In this document: positions 1 to 9,500 of the stretch, one piece after another | How the letters are laid out: each line of letters starts with the position of its first letter | How positions within the stretch are numbered: position 1 is the first letter of the stretch | Assembly: GCA_023227985.1 (NCBI GenBank) | Contig: JALOCB010000006.1 | Coordinates: 2,631-66,630, forward strand | Reading direction: 5' to 3' | Length of the DNA stretch: 64,000 bases | Source of the DNA: Candidatus Omnitrophota bacterium | Lineage (GTDB): Bacteria > Omnitrophota > Gorgyraeia > Gygaellales > Profunditerraquicolaceae | The notes under the pieces: generated by a model | The model's input: the letters and a program-made list of their open reading frames with translations, nothing else | Database searches by the model: none | Told to the model about the DNA's origin: nothing | Made by a program: the position numbers and the translations under genes

Positions 1-144
1 CTTGTTCTTGCCGGTAAAAAACGGGTGGCACTTCGAACAGATCTCTACGCGGATGTTCGGTTTGGTCGAGCGGGTATGAATGGTCTCCCCGCAGGCGCAA
101 ACTATGGTACAGTCTTTATAACCAGGATGGATCTTGTCTTTCAT
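1..144 (-). CDS. rpmE: 50S ribosomal protein L31, N-terminal part; the gene runs off the left edge of the window
   Basis: Not in the ORF track because it is truncated. The reverse complement of 1..144 reads [48 protein letters not shown]. This matches the L31 signature (CxC...[10 protein letters not shown] zinc ribbon). The start ATG is complementary to 142..144, with an AAGGAG SD 8 nt upstream. Confidence 0.85.
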   Translation of the reverse strand, partial: MKDKIHPGYKDCTIVCACGETIHTRSTKPNIRVEICSKCHPFFTGKNK

Positions 145-240
145 TTCAGTTCTCCTTAATGAGCGGATTGCTTATGGAGCACTAGCCTATATTCTCTGCG
201 ACATAAGCAATAGGCCCTTGGCCGTCCGCGAATTAACCCC
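145..240 (-). promoter_or_regulatory. Conserved structured 5' leader, copy A, upstream of rpmE
   Basis: It shares sequence blocks with the glgA leader at 3525..3615: ctccttaatgagc, cttatggagc, gcgacataag and gcgaattaa(c/t)cccc. The spacing to the ATG is identical (motif begins 8 nt after the start codon on the plus strand). Stem arms ttgcttatg (168..176) and cataagcaa (202..210) enclose a 25-nt loop. Confidence 0.6.
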
Positions 241-293
241 GGAGCATTGATTTGCCCGCTGACTTTGCGGACAAGCCTGCCGGGGGCACAACT

Positions 294-1565
294 TTATTTC
301 TGGTTCATCGATCCCAAGAAATCCTCATTGGTTTTGGTTTTTACCAGTTTTTCGATCAGAAGCTCCATGGCTTCCACATTATTCAACTCGTTCAAGACCT
401 TGCGCAGTATCCATACCTTGGTCAACTCGTCGGGCTTCAAAAGCAGCTCTTCATGGCGGGTATTCGAGCGCTTGATGTCGATGGCCGGATATATCCTGCG
501 CTGAAAGAGGTTTCTATCCAGTTGCAGTTCCATATTTCCGGTGCCCTTGAACTCTTCGAAGATAACCTCGTCCATACGGCTGCCGGTATCAACCAGCGCC
601 GTGGCGATAATAGTCAGGCTTCCGCCCTCTTCTATGGCCCTGGCTGCCCCGAAGAAACGCTTGGGTTTTTGCAGCGCGTTGGAATCAATACCCCCGGAGA
701 GAACCTTGCCGCTGTGCGGGACTACCGAGTTGTACGCGCGGGCGAGCCTGGTGATACTGTCCAGGAGCACGACCACGTCCCTTTTATGCTCGACCAGCCT
801 TTTCGCCTTTTCCAGGACGATCTCAGCCACCTGGATATGTCTTTCCGGCGGCTCGTCGAAAGTTGAGGATATGACCTCGCCTTTTACGTGGCGCTGCATA
901 TCCGTGACTTCCTCAGGGCGCTCGTCGATCAACAGGACGATCAATATAATATCCGGATTATTCGCGGTTATGGCATTGGCGATCTTCTGCAAAAGCACTG
1001 TCTTTCCGCTGTACGGCTGGGCGACGATCAAGCCGCGCTGGCCCTTGCCCAACGGGGTAAGCAGCCCCATGATCCTGGTAGATACCTCGTTCGGGGTAGT
1101 CTCCATGTTAAAACGCTCCCTGGGATAAACCGGGGTAAGGTTATCAAAATTAACCTTTTCCTTGGCATCCTCGGGATTCTCGAAATTAACCGCCTCAACC
1201 TTCAAAAGCGCGAAATATTTCTCGCCTTCCTTGGGGGGGCGGATCTGTCCGGAAACCGTGTCGCCTGTCCTCAGATCGAATTTGCGGATCTGCGAAGGCG
1301 AGATATAAATATCGTCCGGACATGGAAGATAATTATAATTCGGCGACCTGAGGAACCCGAACCCTTCGGGAAGGATCTCAAGGACCCCCTCGCCGAACAT
1401 CAAGCCCTCTTTCTCGGCCTGCGCCTGTAAAACCTTGAAGATCAAATCCTGCTTTTTCAAACCGCTGAAGCCGCTGACGTTCAGTTCCTTAGCCAGTTTG
1501 TTCAGCTCGGTGATCTTCATTTCTTTTAGATTACTAATGTCTAACTTCTCCACAACAACCTCCAT
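294..1565 (-). CDS. rho: Transcription termination factor Rho
   Basis: The N-terminal domain ([13 protein letters not shown]...LIFKVLQAQ) is followed by an OB/RNA-binding domain. The ATPase core has a Walker A (AQPYSGKT) and the C-terminal motif [19 protein letters not shown]. The true start is probably the MKITEL methionine at about 1520, which would remove the overlap with coaE. Confidence 0.93.
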   Translation of the reverse strand: MEVVVEKLDISNLKEMKITELNKLAKELNVSGFSGLKKQDLIFKVLQAQAEKEGLMFGEGVLEILPEGFGFLRSPNYNYLPCPDDIYISPSQIRKFDLRTGDTVSGQIRPPKEGEKYFALLKVEAVNFENPEDAKEKVNFDNLTPVYPRERFNMETTPNEVSTRIMGLLTPLGKGQRGLIVAQPYSGKTVLLQKIANAITANNPDIILIVLLIDERPEEVTDMQRHVKGEVISSTFDEPPERHIQVAEIVLEKAKRLVEHKRDVVVLLDSITRLARAYNSVVPHSGKVLSGGIDSNALQKPKRFFGAARAIEEGGSLTIIATALVDTGSRMDEVIFEEFKGTGNMELQLDRNLFQRRIYPAIDIKRSNTRHEELLLKPDELTKVWILRKVLNELNNVEAMELLIEKLVKTKTNEDFLGSMNQK

Positions 1566-2155
1566 ATTAGCGCTACTTGTTTTCTGGTTTTCTCAATTGT
1601 GCCGCTGTTATCTATTACAAAATCCGCTAAACGGACCTTAGACTTTAAGGACAATTGCGCGCCTATCCTTTTTAAGATCTCTGGTCTAGACAGGGATGTT
1701 TTTTGGGCAAGCCTTTTCAATTGCCTGCCGCGGGAAAGAGCTACCACGATGATCTTATCAACAAGCTTATCCAGTCCTGCTTCGATAAGCAAAGGTGCGT
1801 CCACCACAACAACGTCGTTCTTGGCTGACTTGACCCTCCTTTTAACTTCGCGGATGACCGCAGGATGGGTTATCCCGCACAACCGCTTCAGCGCTTTCGG
1901 ATCGGAGAAAACGATACCGCCTAATTTTCCCCGGTCGATCGCGCCGTTGTTATTCTTCAAGATATCCCTGCCAAAGGCCTTCAAGATCTTTTTATATACC
2001 AACGTGCCTGGCGCGATAAGGCTATGGTTTATCTTATCCGCGTCAATGACGCCGGCGCCGTAACCGGCAAGGATCCCGGCTACAGTGCTTTTACCCGTGC
2101 CGAAACCGCCGGTCAACCCCAGAACGATCTTCTTATTTTCCTTTGGCTCTCTCAT
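1541..2155 (-). CDS. coaE: Dephospho-CoA kinase
   Basis: 204 aa. P-loop [12 protein letters not shown] at the N-terminus. Typical CoaE length and fold motifs. Confidence 0.85.
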   Translation of the reverse strand: MREPKENKKIVLGLTGGFGTGKSTVAGILAGYGAGVIDADKINHSLIAPGTLVYKKILKAFGRDILKNNNGAIDRGKLGGIVFSDPKALKRLCGITHPAVIREVKRRVKSAKNDVVVVDAPLLIEAGLDKLVDKIIVVALSRGRQLKRLAQKTSLSRPEILKRIGAQLSLKSKVRLADFVIDNSGTIEKTRKQVALIWRLLWRS

Positions 2156-3548
2156 ACAACTGCACGTATTTCTTGGCAGACTCGTTCCAGGAAAAATTGC
2201 ATTTCATCCCGCTGGCTACCAGTTCCTGCCAGGACTTCTTTGCCTTAAAGGCCTTGACCGCTTTTTTAACGGTGCTGATCAGGTCATCCTTGCTGTACTT
2301 ATCAAAGACAAAACCGTTCTTCGGCGTCACCGTATCCGCCAATCCTCCGGTCTTGAAAACCAACGGTACTGTCCCGTATTTCAGGCTGATCATCTGTCCC
2401 AAGCCGCATGGCTCGTATTTCGAAGGCATCAGGAATATATCCGATCCGGCGTATATCCGGTGAGCGAGACAATCGTCGAATTTCAAAAACAGCGATATAA
2501 CCTTAGGGTATTTCTTAACCATCGCTTCCATAACCTGGTGGTATTTCAGGTCGCCGGTCCCCAGAATGGCCATCTGCAGGTCCATCTTGCAGATCGTGTC
2601 GATCCCTGCAGCAAGGATATCAAAGCCTTTCTGCTGGGCCAGCCGCGAGACAATCCCGAATAAAGGGACATTCTGTTTAACCGGCAGCTTGCACATCTTC
2701 TGCAGGGCCTCTTTATTCTCGGCCTTGCCTTCCATATCCTTGAGCGAAAACCCTTTTACCAGGTTCTTATCGGTTGCCGGGTCCCAGATGGAATAATCCA
2801 GGCCGTTGATTATCCCGAAAAGCGAATTCCTGCGCTGGTTAAGGATGCCCTCCATCCCGAAACCGAATTCTTTGGTCTGTATCTCCTTGCTGTAGGTGTC
2901 GCTTACGGTATTTACGATATCCGAGAATACGATCCCGCCTTTAAGGACATTGACCTTATCGTAGTACTCCAGCTTATTCATGGTAAAGACATCCCAATCA
3001 AGCCCGAGCTTGGGAAATTCTTCCTTGGCGAACAAGCCCTGGTATCCGATATTATGGATGGTAAATATTGTTCTGGTCTTTTTATAAAAGTCGTCTTCGG
3101 CGTAAAGTGTTCTTAAATACACCGGGATCAAGGCTGACTGCCAGTCATGGCAATGAATGATATCCGCATTGAATTTCAGCTCCTTCAATAACTCCAGGGT
3201 CCTGCGGCTGTAATAAGCGAACCTGTCCAGATTGTCCTTATAATCTCCCGACTTATCGCCGTAAAGCTCCTGCCTGTCGAAATACTTATCGCTATCTATG
3301 AAATATACCTTTATGCCTTTACCGATCCGGGAACAGGAGATCCCTTCTTTTAATGTTTTTATTGCCGGGGCTTTCAGATCATGCACTTTTTTATACCCGG
3401 GCATGACTATGATCACTTCCTGGCCAAGTTTTTCCAGGGCTAAAGGCAACGCGCCGCCGACATCGGCCAACCCTCCGGTCTTGGCGAACGGTACTACCTC
3501 ACTTGCGCATATCGCTATCTTCATCCTGACCCTCCTTAATGAGCACAT
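2133..3548 (-). CDS. glgA: Glycogen synthase (GT5, ADP-glucose type)
   Basis: MKIAICASEVVPFAKTGGLADVGGALP is the KTGGL motif. GT-B fold with C-terminal GLGQM/FKTGGLADTV motifs. The likely true start is the MKIAI methionine at 3524. Confidence 0.9.
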   Translation of the reverse strand: MCSLRRVRMKIAICASEVVPFAKTGGLADVGGALPLALEKLGQEVIIVMPGYKKVHDLKAPAIKTLKEGISCSRIGKGIKVYFIDSDKYFDRQELYGDKSGDYKDNLDRFAYYSRRTLELLKELKFNADIIHCHDWQSALIPVYLRTLYAEDDFYKKTRTIFTIHNIGYQGLFAKEEFPKLGLDWDVFTMNKLEYYDKVNVLKGGIVFSDIVNTVSDTYSKEIQTKEFGFGMEGILNQRRNSLFGIINGLDYSIWDPATDKNLVKGFSLKDMEGKAENKEALQKMCKLPVKQNVPLFGIVSRLAQQKGFDILAAGIDTICKMDLQMAILGTGDLKYHQVMEAMVKKYPKVISLFLKFDDCLAHRIYAGSDIFLMPSKYEPCGLGQMISLKYGTVPLVFKTGGLADTVTPKNGFVFDKYSKDDLISTVKKAVKAFKAKKSWQELVASGMKCNFSWNESAKKYVQLYERAKGK

Positions 3549-3615
3549 AACTTATGGAGCTATTAATCACTTGTTACAGCGACATAAGTTATAGGTGCGA
3601 ATTAATCCCCTACGC
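3525..3615 (-). promoter_or_regulatory. Conserved structured 5' leader, copy B, upstream of glgA
   Basis: Paralogous to 145..240. Stem arms taacttatg (3548..3556) and cataagtta (3583..3591) enclose a 26-nt loop. The two arm differences relative to copy A are compensatory (t:a->a:t and g:c->a:t). An AAGGAG SD lies 8 nt before the ATG, as in copy A. Confidence 0.6.
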
Positions 3616-3670
3616 CTTATTTTGCCGTCCAGACCCATGGATTATTCAGGCAAAACAGTACGGGATAAAT

Positions 3671-6220
3671 TCAATTGATCTCCTCCATCTCCAACCAGTT
3701 CTTCCCCTGTTTGATGCTGACCCTTACCGGAACATCCAGCTCAAGGACATGCTCCATCCTCTCCCTGACCAGCCTTACGAATTCATTTATCTCGGCCTTG
3801 CCGACGTCGAAGACCAGCTCGTCGTGGATCTGCAGGATCATCCGGCCTTCCAGCTTTCTATTTTTGATCTCATTATGAATATCCACCATCGCCAGCTTGA
3901 TCAAGTCGCTGGCAGAGCCCTGTATCGGGGTGTTCACCGCCTGGCGCTGGGCAAGCATGCGGATATTCTGGTTCTTATTATTTATCTCCGGCAGATAACG
4001 GCGCCTTCCCAGTATCGTAGTCACAAAACCGTCCTCTTCCGCCTGTTTTATCTCTTTGTCGATAAGATCCTTTACTTTAGGGTATCGGGCGAAATACGCG
4101 TCGATAAAACCCTGAGCCTGGTCAGGAGGTATATTCAGGTCGCGGCTTAACCCGTAAGCGCTAAGTCCGTAAATGATCCCGAAATTTACCCGTTTGGCCG
4201 TATCGCGCATTTCATCGCTGATCGAATCCTCGGGCATGTCATAGATCAAAGACGCTGTTTTCCTATGGATATCGTCGCCCTTCCTGAACGCCTCCAGCAA
4301 AACCTCATCCTTGGACATATGCGCCAGGATCCGTAATTCTATCTGGGAATAATCAAAGGCCAGCAAAACGCTGTCTTCTGAGAAAGCGATCACCGCGGCC
4401 CGGATCTTCCTGCCCAGGTCGGTCTTAACCGGTATGTTCTGAAGATTAGGATTGCTGGAACTCAACCTTCCGGTCTCGGTGCCGGTCTGATTAAATGTGG
4501 TGTGCACCCTGCCGGTCTTATCGTCGACCAATTCCGGCAGCGCGTCAATATAAGTATTTTTAAGCTTGGTCAACTGCCGGTATTCCAAAAGCGCGGCCGG
4601 GAGCTTATGCTTACCGGCAAGCCGGTTCAAAACCTCTTCATCTGTGGACGGCCCGGTCTTGGTTTTTTTCACCACCGGCAATTTGAGCTTCTCAAAAAGG
4701 ACCTCGCGCAGCTGCTTGGGGGAATTTATATTGAACTGGCATCCGCTTATCTCATAAATGTCCGCGATAAGCTCAGCCAGCCTCTTCTCTAACTCCGAGG
4801 AAAGGTCTTTTAAAAGCTTAAGATCGAGTTTTATCCCGGTAAGCTCCATCTGCGCCAAAACCTCGACCAGGGGCATTTCCGTGCCGGTAAAAAGCTTTTC
4901 CAGTGATTTTTCTTTCAGTTGGGACTCTAATTCCGGCTTTAGCTTCTTGATAAGCTCCAACCCCGCTGCCGGCGTTATTGATCCCGGTTTTATCGACCTT
5001 TCGAAATAATCCCAGGCCAGTTCATTCAGGCCGTAATCGGATTTGGACGGGTTGGCCAGATACGCGGCGATCATTGTGTCAAAGAACAAGCCTTCTAATT
5101 CTATACCATCCCGGGCTAAGGCCAGCTTTATCTTCTTAAGGTCATGCCCGGTCTTCTTGATCGAGCTATCGGCCAATGCCGCTTTAAGGTTCGGCCCGAT
5201 ATTCTCCACCTTGAAGAACAGGCTTTTGCAGCCAAAAGCCAGATCCGACTGATCGTTGCCATAGAGAAAAAGCTCGTCCCCGGGCTTTATCAATCCTTTT
5301 ACAACCTTGTCATCAATGACCTCTATTCCTGTACCATCACCAGGCGTTTCCTGGCTGTCGCTGACAGGAAGATTTTTCAGAAGACCTTTGAATTCCAGGC
5401 GTTTAAAAAGCTTGAACAATTCCTGATAATCAGGCTCCGCGGCCTTGACCATACCCAGGTTGAAATCAAGATGCATATTATTATCCAGGCACGCCAACTC
5501 TTTATTCAGCCTGATCTGGTCGATATTAGCCATTACCGCGTCCTTGAGCTTATCCGGCTTTATATCCTCTGCCCTGGCTATCAATTCTTCGACAGAGCCG
5601 AATTCAATCAATAATCCGACGGCCTTTTTCTCGCTGACCCCTGGGATCTTGGGGATATTATCTATAGCATCGCCGCTAAGGGCGATAAGGTCCGGTATCT
5701 GGCGCGGGGCAAGCCCGAATTTCTCTCGGACCTTTTCCGTGTCATAAGTGACGCTTTCTTCTTTCTGGGGATTAAAAACCTCGACCGTTTCTTCCACCAA
5801 TTGCAGAAGGTCCTTATCGGAGCTGACCACTGTGGAATACAAGCCTTCTTCCTTAGCCTTACGGGCTAAGGTCGCGATAATATCATCCGCCTCAAAACCT
5901 TCCTGCTCGAACACCGGGATACGGTAAGCCGCCATGATCTCTTTGATGATCGGGATCTGACTGCTCAGCCCGTCGGGCATGGCCTGGCGCTGCGCCTTAT
6001 ACTCCGCGAATTTTTCCGACCTGAAGGTCTTGCGGGAAACATCGAAACAAACTGCCAGATATTGCGGTTTTTTATCCTTGATGATCTTATTCAGTATGTT
6101 CAAAAATCCGTATATCGCGTTAGTCGGCTGGCCGTAAGAAGTGGAAAGCCCGCGCACGGCGTAAAATGCCCGGTAACAAAAAGCCGTGGCATCGATCAAA
6201 AACAATCTGGGTTTAAGCAT
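3671..6220 (-). CDS. polA: DNA polymerase I
   Basis: 849 aa. N-terminal 5'-3' exonuclease (LFLIDATAFCYRAFYA) and a C-terminal family A polymerase. Motif A is DYSQIELR, motif B is RRxxKxxNFGxxYG, motif C is HDE (QIHDELVF). Confidence 0.95.
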   Translation of the reverse strand: MLKPRLFLIDATAFCYRAFYAVRGLSTSYGQPTNAIYGFLNILNKIIKDKKPQYLAVCFDVSRKTFRSEKFAEYKAQRQAMPDGLSSQIPIIKEIMAAYRIPVFEQEGFEADDIIATLARKAKEEGLYSTVVSSDKDLLQLVEETVEVFNPQKEESVTYDTEKVREKFGLAPRQIPDLIALSGDAIDNIPKIPGVSEKKAVGLLIEFGSVEELIARAEDIKPDKLKDAVMANIDQIRLNKELACLDNNMHLDFNLGMVKAAEPDYQELFKLFKRLEFKGLLKNLPVSDSQETPGDGTGIEVIDDKVVKGLIKPGDELFLYGNDQSDLAFGCKSLFFKVENIGPNLKAALADSSIKKTGHDLKKIKLALARDGIELEGLFFDTMIAAYLANPSKSDYGLNELAWDYFERSIKPGSITPAAGLELIKKLKPELESQLKEKSLEKLFTGTEMPLVEVLAQMELTGIKLDLKLLKDLSSELEKRLAELIADIYEISGCQFNINSPKQLREVLFEKLKLPVVKKTKTGPSTDEEVLNRLAGKHKLPAALLEYRQLTKLKNTYIDALPELVDDKTGRVHTTFNQTGTETGRLSSSNPNLQNIPVKTDLGRKIRAAVIAFSEDSVLLAFDYSQIELRILAHMSKDEVLLEAFRKGDDIHRKTASLIYDMPEDSISDEMRDTAKRVNFGIIYGLSAYGLSRDLNIPPDQAQGFIDAYFARYPKVKDLIDKEIKQAEEDGFVTTILGRRRYLPEINNKNQNIRMLAQRQAVNTPIQGSASDLIKLAMVDIHNEIKNRKLEGRMILQIHDELVFDVGKAEINEFVRLVRERMEHVLELDVPVRVSIKQGKNWLEMEEIN

Positions 6221-6396
6221 TATTCAAGAGGCTTATCATGGGAATAAACAGGAAGCGACGAGGGAATAGAACCACTCACTTTTTAAATTATTTTAAGGTG
6301 TCATTTCAGGTGAATCTTGAAGTAATGGCAGGTTATATCCTATGTAGATAATACCTAATTAGCGCATAGCTGTCAAGCAAAATAATTTCTCCCAAT

Positions 6397-6411
6397 AGGG
6401 GACGGTTCCTC
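6397..6411. repeat. Left arm of a 15-bp perfect inverted repeat (aggggacggttcctc)
   Basis: It is the exact reverse complement of 6577..6591. The pair brackets an AT-rich segment of about 165 bp between the giant-gene stop and polA. Confidence 0.7.
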
Positions 6412-6576
6412 TGCTTCTAACTATCGTATTCACAGTAAGATAACCACACCCTCATTGCCATTAAACAGCTGGAAACTAAATAATATTAACAATATTTTTT
6501 ATTCCGTTGGGGACACCAAACAACAACTTGACAAACAGGTCGTCGTAAATCATTTGCCGACAATAAGTAGTAAACC

Positions 6577-6591
6577 GAGGAACCGTCCCCT
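6577..6591. repeat. Right arm of the 15-bp inverted repeat (gaggaaccgtcccct); overlaps the stop codon of the giant gene
   Basis: Perfect reverse complement of 6397..6411. The TAG stop of the 6590..14779 ORF lies inside the arm. Confidence 0.7.
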
Positions 6592-9500
6592 AGCCGAGTT
6601 GAATAAGGATCTCTTTCAACTGGCCGCAGGTCGGCAAAGCGTCTTCTTCTTCCGCCTTAAGGATATCCGCCACGCAATTAGTAACCGCCTGGATCTGTTT
6701 AGAGCTATCCGGCCTGGCATTGCAGCAGGCGACATATTCCTGGATCTTTAAATACGGCATTGGCCCCTGAACCATTGATGCGCGGATCTCCATCCACTGT
6801 TTATCCAACTCTTCCAGCGCGACCGCTCCGGTAAGATTCGGCATGACCGGTATCCTCACCCCGCCTATTGCCGGCTGGCTAACTATCGGCATTCCGCGGA
6901 AATCAATACCGCCAAGTGGAGCCTGTGTTTTATCCCCACCGTCAAAAACATTATCGCCGTTATTTGTTTCTCCGCTGGGACTGCTTTTGTATTCCCGCAC
7001 ATCCCCGGTGTGTTTATCATTACTATCCCGCTTAACCTTACCCTCAGTATCCCACGCATTAAAACGTTCACCCGTAGGCATTTTGCTGCCGCCGTCCGTA
7101 TTGCTTACCGGTAACCCACTCGGCACAACCACTTGCTTATCAATTCCAACCACTACGATATCATTATTTAATTCATTTATCTTTATTTGTATCGGGAAAA
7201 CGTGATTAACCAGAACGCTTTTCTCACTTTGTTCGACCGAAGGGATAGATAATATTGTAATAGTATCAGAAGGCGTCTCTTTATACCCTATTGTTATCGG
7301 TCCATCAACGGATACATCCCCGATCACAGTCAACCTGCCGACGAAATACGCGGAGAGTTCGCCCCGGCCGATGCGTTTAGCCAGGATCATAGCCAGATCC
7401 CGGGCTTTCTTGTAATCATAAGAACCGATATTTTTGAGATTGTTTTTCAGGCCTTGAGTCGAATATATACCCGTCCCGCCGTCAGAGAGCGGGCCATTCA
7501 ACAAAACCATCATTACGCCGCTTTCGCGATACAGGACTTCTTTATTCTTCAAAATAAAATCCTTACCCGCAGGCAGGGCTATAAGCAGCCGCGCCGCTTT
7601 CAATTGCGCCTCAAAAGAAACTGTATCGTCGGTTAAAATGTCCAGCAAAGGCTTAATCTCCGGAGAATACAACGCCGCCTTCGCGTACAATTCTTGAAGT
7701 TCCGCCGATCCCCCGTCTTTTTTCTGTTTCGCAATATCCATAAGAGCAGTCAGCGCTTCTTCACGGATCGCCGCTTTTATAGTCTGATCTGTGGTAACAA
7801 ACATCAACGGGGTAAACGCAGCCGTACCTATTGCTACCAATGCCCGGCATATCGCGTAACGGTTATTAGGCATAGTTTCCGTTTTTAACGCCGCGATCAA
7901 CGGAGCAACCGACCTTTTATCTTTCCTTTGGGCCAAATCCCTGGCCGCGCTGCCGCGATTCGCTGAATTAGTATCCTTTAATTGATTATGTAAATACGCT
8001 ATGTCTGTTATACTCCCGCCGTCACGAATGTTCTTTTCCGCGAAACTCGCGTCGGTTTTAGCCAGATATCCAACCACAGCGGTAAAAAATCCGGCCATCT
8101 CAGTTTCCGATGCCTGCGCTGTAAGATCAGAAGTGAGCAACACGACCTTACGTTTGTTCTTAATCATTGATTGGACCGTCCCCAGGGTCTGAGCCTTGAT
8201 CATACTATCGGAAAAACCCCGAATATCTTTCAATAGACCGAACTCTGTGGGCTGGATCGCCTGCAAAGGAAGGAAATATGTGGAAAAGAACATATTCTTT
8301 CCATCTTCGATGTTCTGCTGATACGCGTGGTTCTTATCCGGGCCTACCCCCAATTTAGCGGGCATTTTTAGACCGCGGGTGAACACCTCGGCACGGACTT
8401 TTTCAAATATCTCTTTGAGATTATCAGTCATGTTGCCATATGAGGTGAATTCCCCAGCCTCGATCTTATGCTTAAGCAAAAGGATAATTGCCGCATAAAC
8501 AGCAGCAGGATCTTCCATTGTAGAACCGAATGCGCGCACTTGATCATTAATATCATTGATATTTACGGCCCCCATCTGGATCAACGGATCATAATAAAGA
8601 GTTAAAACACCTTTCTTGCTTGACGCCTGGTAGATATTATTAAGAACTTTTTTAACATTCCCTCCGGCGCTTATAATCTCCTTATCCATCAGCTTTGAAG
8701 CGATCTTGTATCCCTCTACCGCCGGCTGATTAACGAAACAGATATCCCACAGATACCCGAATGCTGCTACCGCTCTTTGCATACCGAGCATCAAACCGCC
8801 GATATCTTCAAGATCATTCAATGAGATTTCATACGTTGGGTATCCGTTATCCTCAAGATACTTCCAGAGATTTGCCTGAGGCTTTCTTATGCCCAGATTG
8901 ATACGCAGGAACACACGGTCATTCGAATCAACGGGGTTAAGGACAGAAACATCCAAGTTTTCTTCATCGTAGAACAACGTGATGCCTTTCCCGAACTTTC
9001 CCAAGGATTCCTCGATCAACTGTTCAGCCCACATCGGATATGATTTCAACGCCGCTGGGACAATGATCGTCAGCTTATCTTTATTAAGATCCTTAGCCAT
9101 ATGCAGCATGAAAGCGCCGAGACGGAGAAATGGATCATCTTTGATACTGTTCATCTCGATAGCGTTATCAATAATAGGGACGATCAACTCCGGAGCGACA
9201 ACAGCCATGGGAAGAAGGAACACATTGGTGCCCGGAGCGGTGAATCTTCCGCCGACATCTCCGCGGCCATTAAGCTGGATCTCCCTCTGGCGCATTGCCG
9301 GATTTTCCTGTGCTTCAACTCCCCATGGGGAAATAGTATCGGTAATGAACCAAAGATTCTTCTGCGTATCCAAACCCAAGGTATTATACACATCCTCGAA
9401 ATATTTACGGTGCGCGACAGTTTCGGGAGTTGTAGCCGATTTCGAGATCAGGACTATCGCTGTCTTATCCAAAGCCGCCTTTAAACTGCCTTCCTTTTCC

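Noticed and set aside
252-1430. Long plus-strand ORFs (252..866, 541..1128, 888..1430) opposite the rho gene
   Set aside because: These are shadow ORFs antisense to a confidently identified gene. The translations are low-complexity with no motifs.
1541-1565. 25-nt coding overlap between the rho start and the coaE end
   Set aside because: The overlap is probably an artefact of taking the longest ORF. The Rho N-terminal domain begins at the internal MKITEL methionine (about 1520), which leaves a 20-nt gap.
6240-6590. Possible small RNA gene (tRNA, tmRNA, RNase P, SRP or 6S) in the AT-rich polA / giant-gene spacer
   Set aside because: No cloverleaf-compatible sequence, T-loop GTTCRA motif or RNase P/SRP conserved boxes were seen. 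It is retained only as the inverted-repeat observation.
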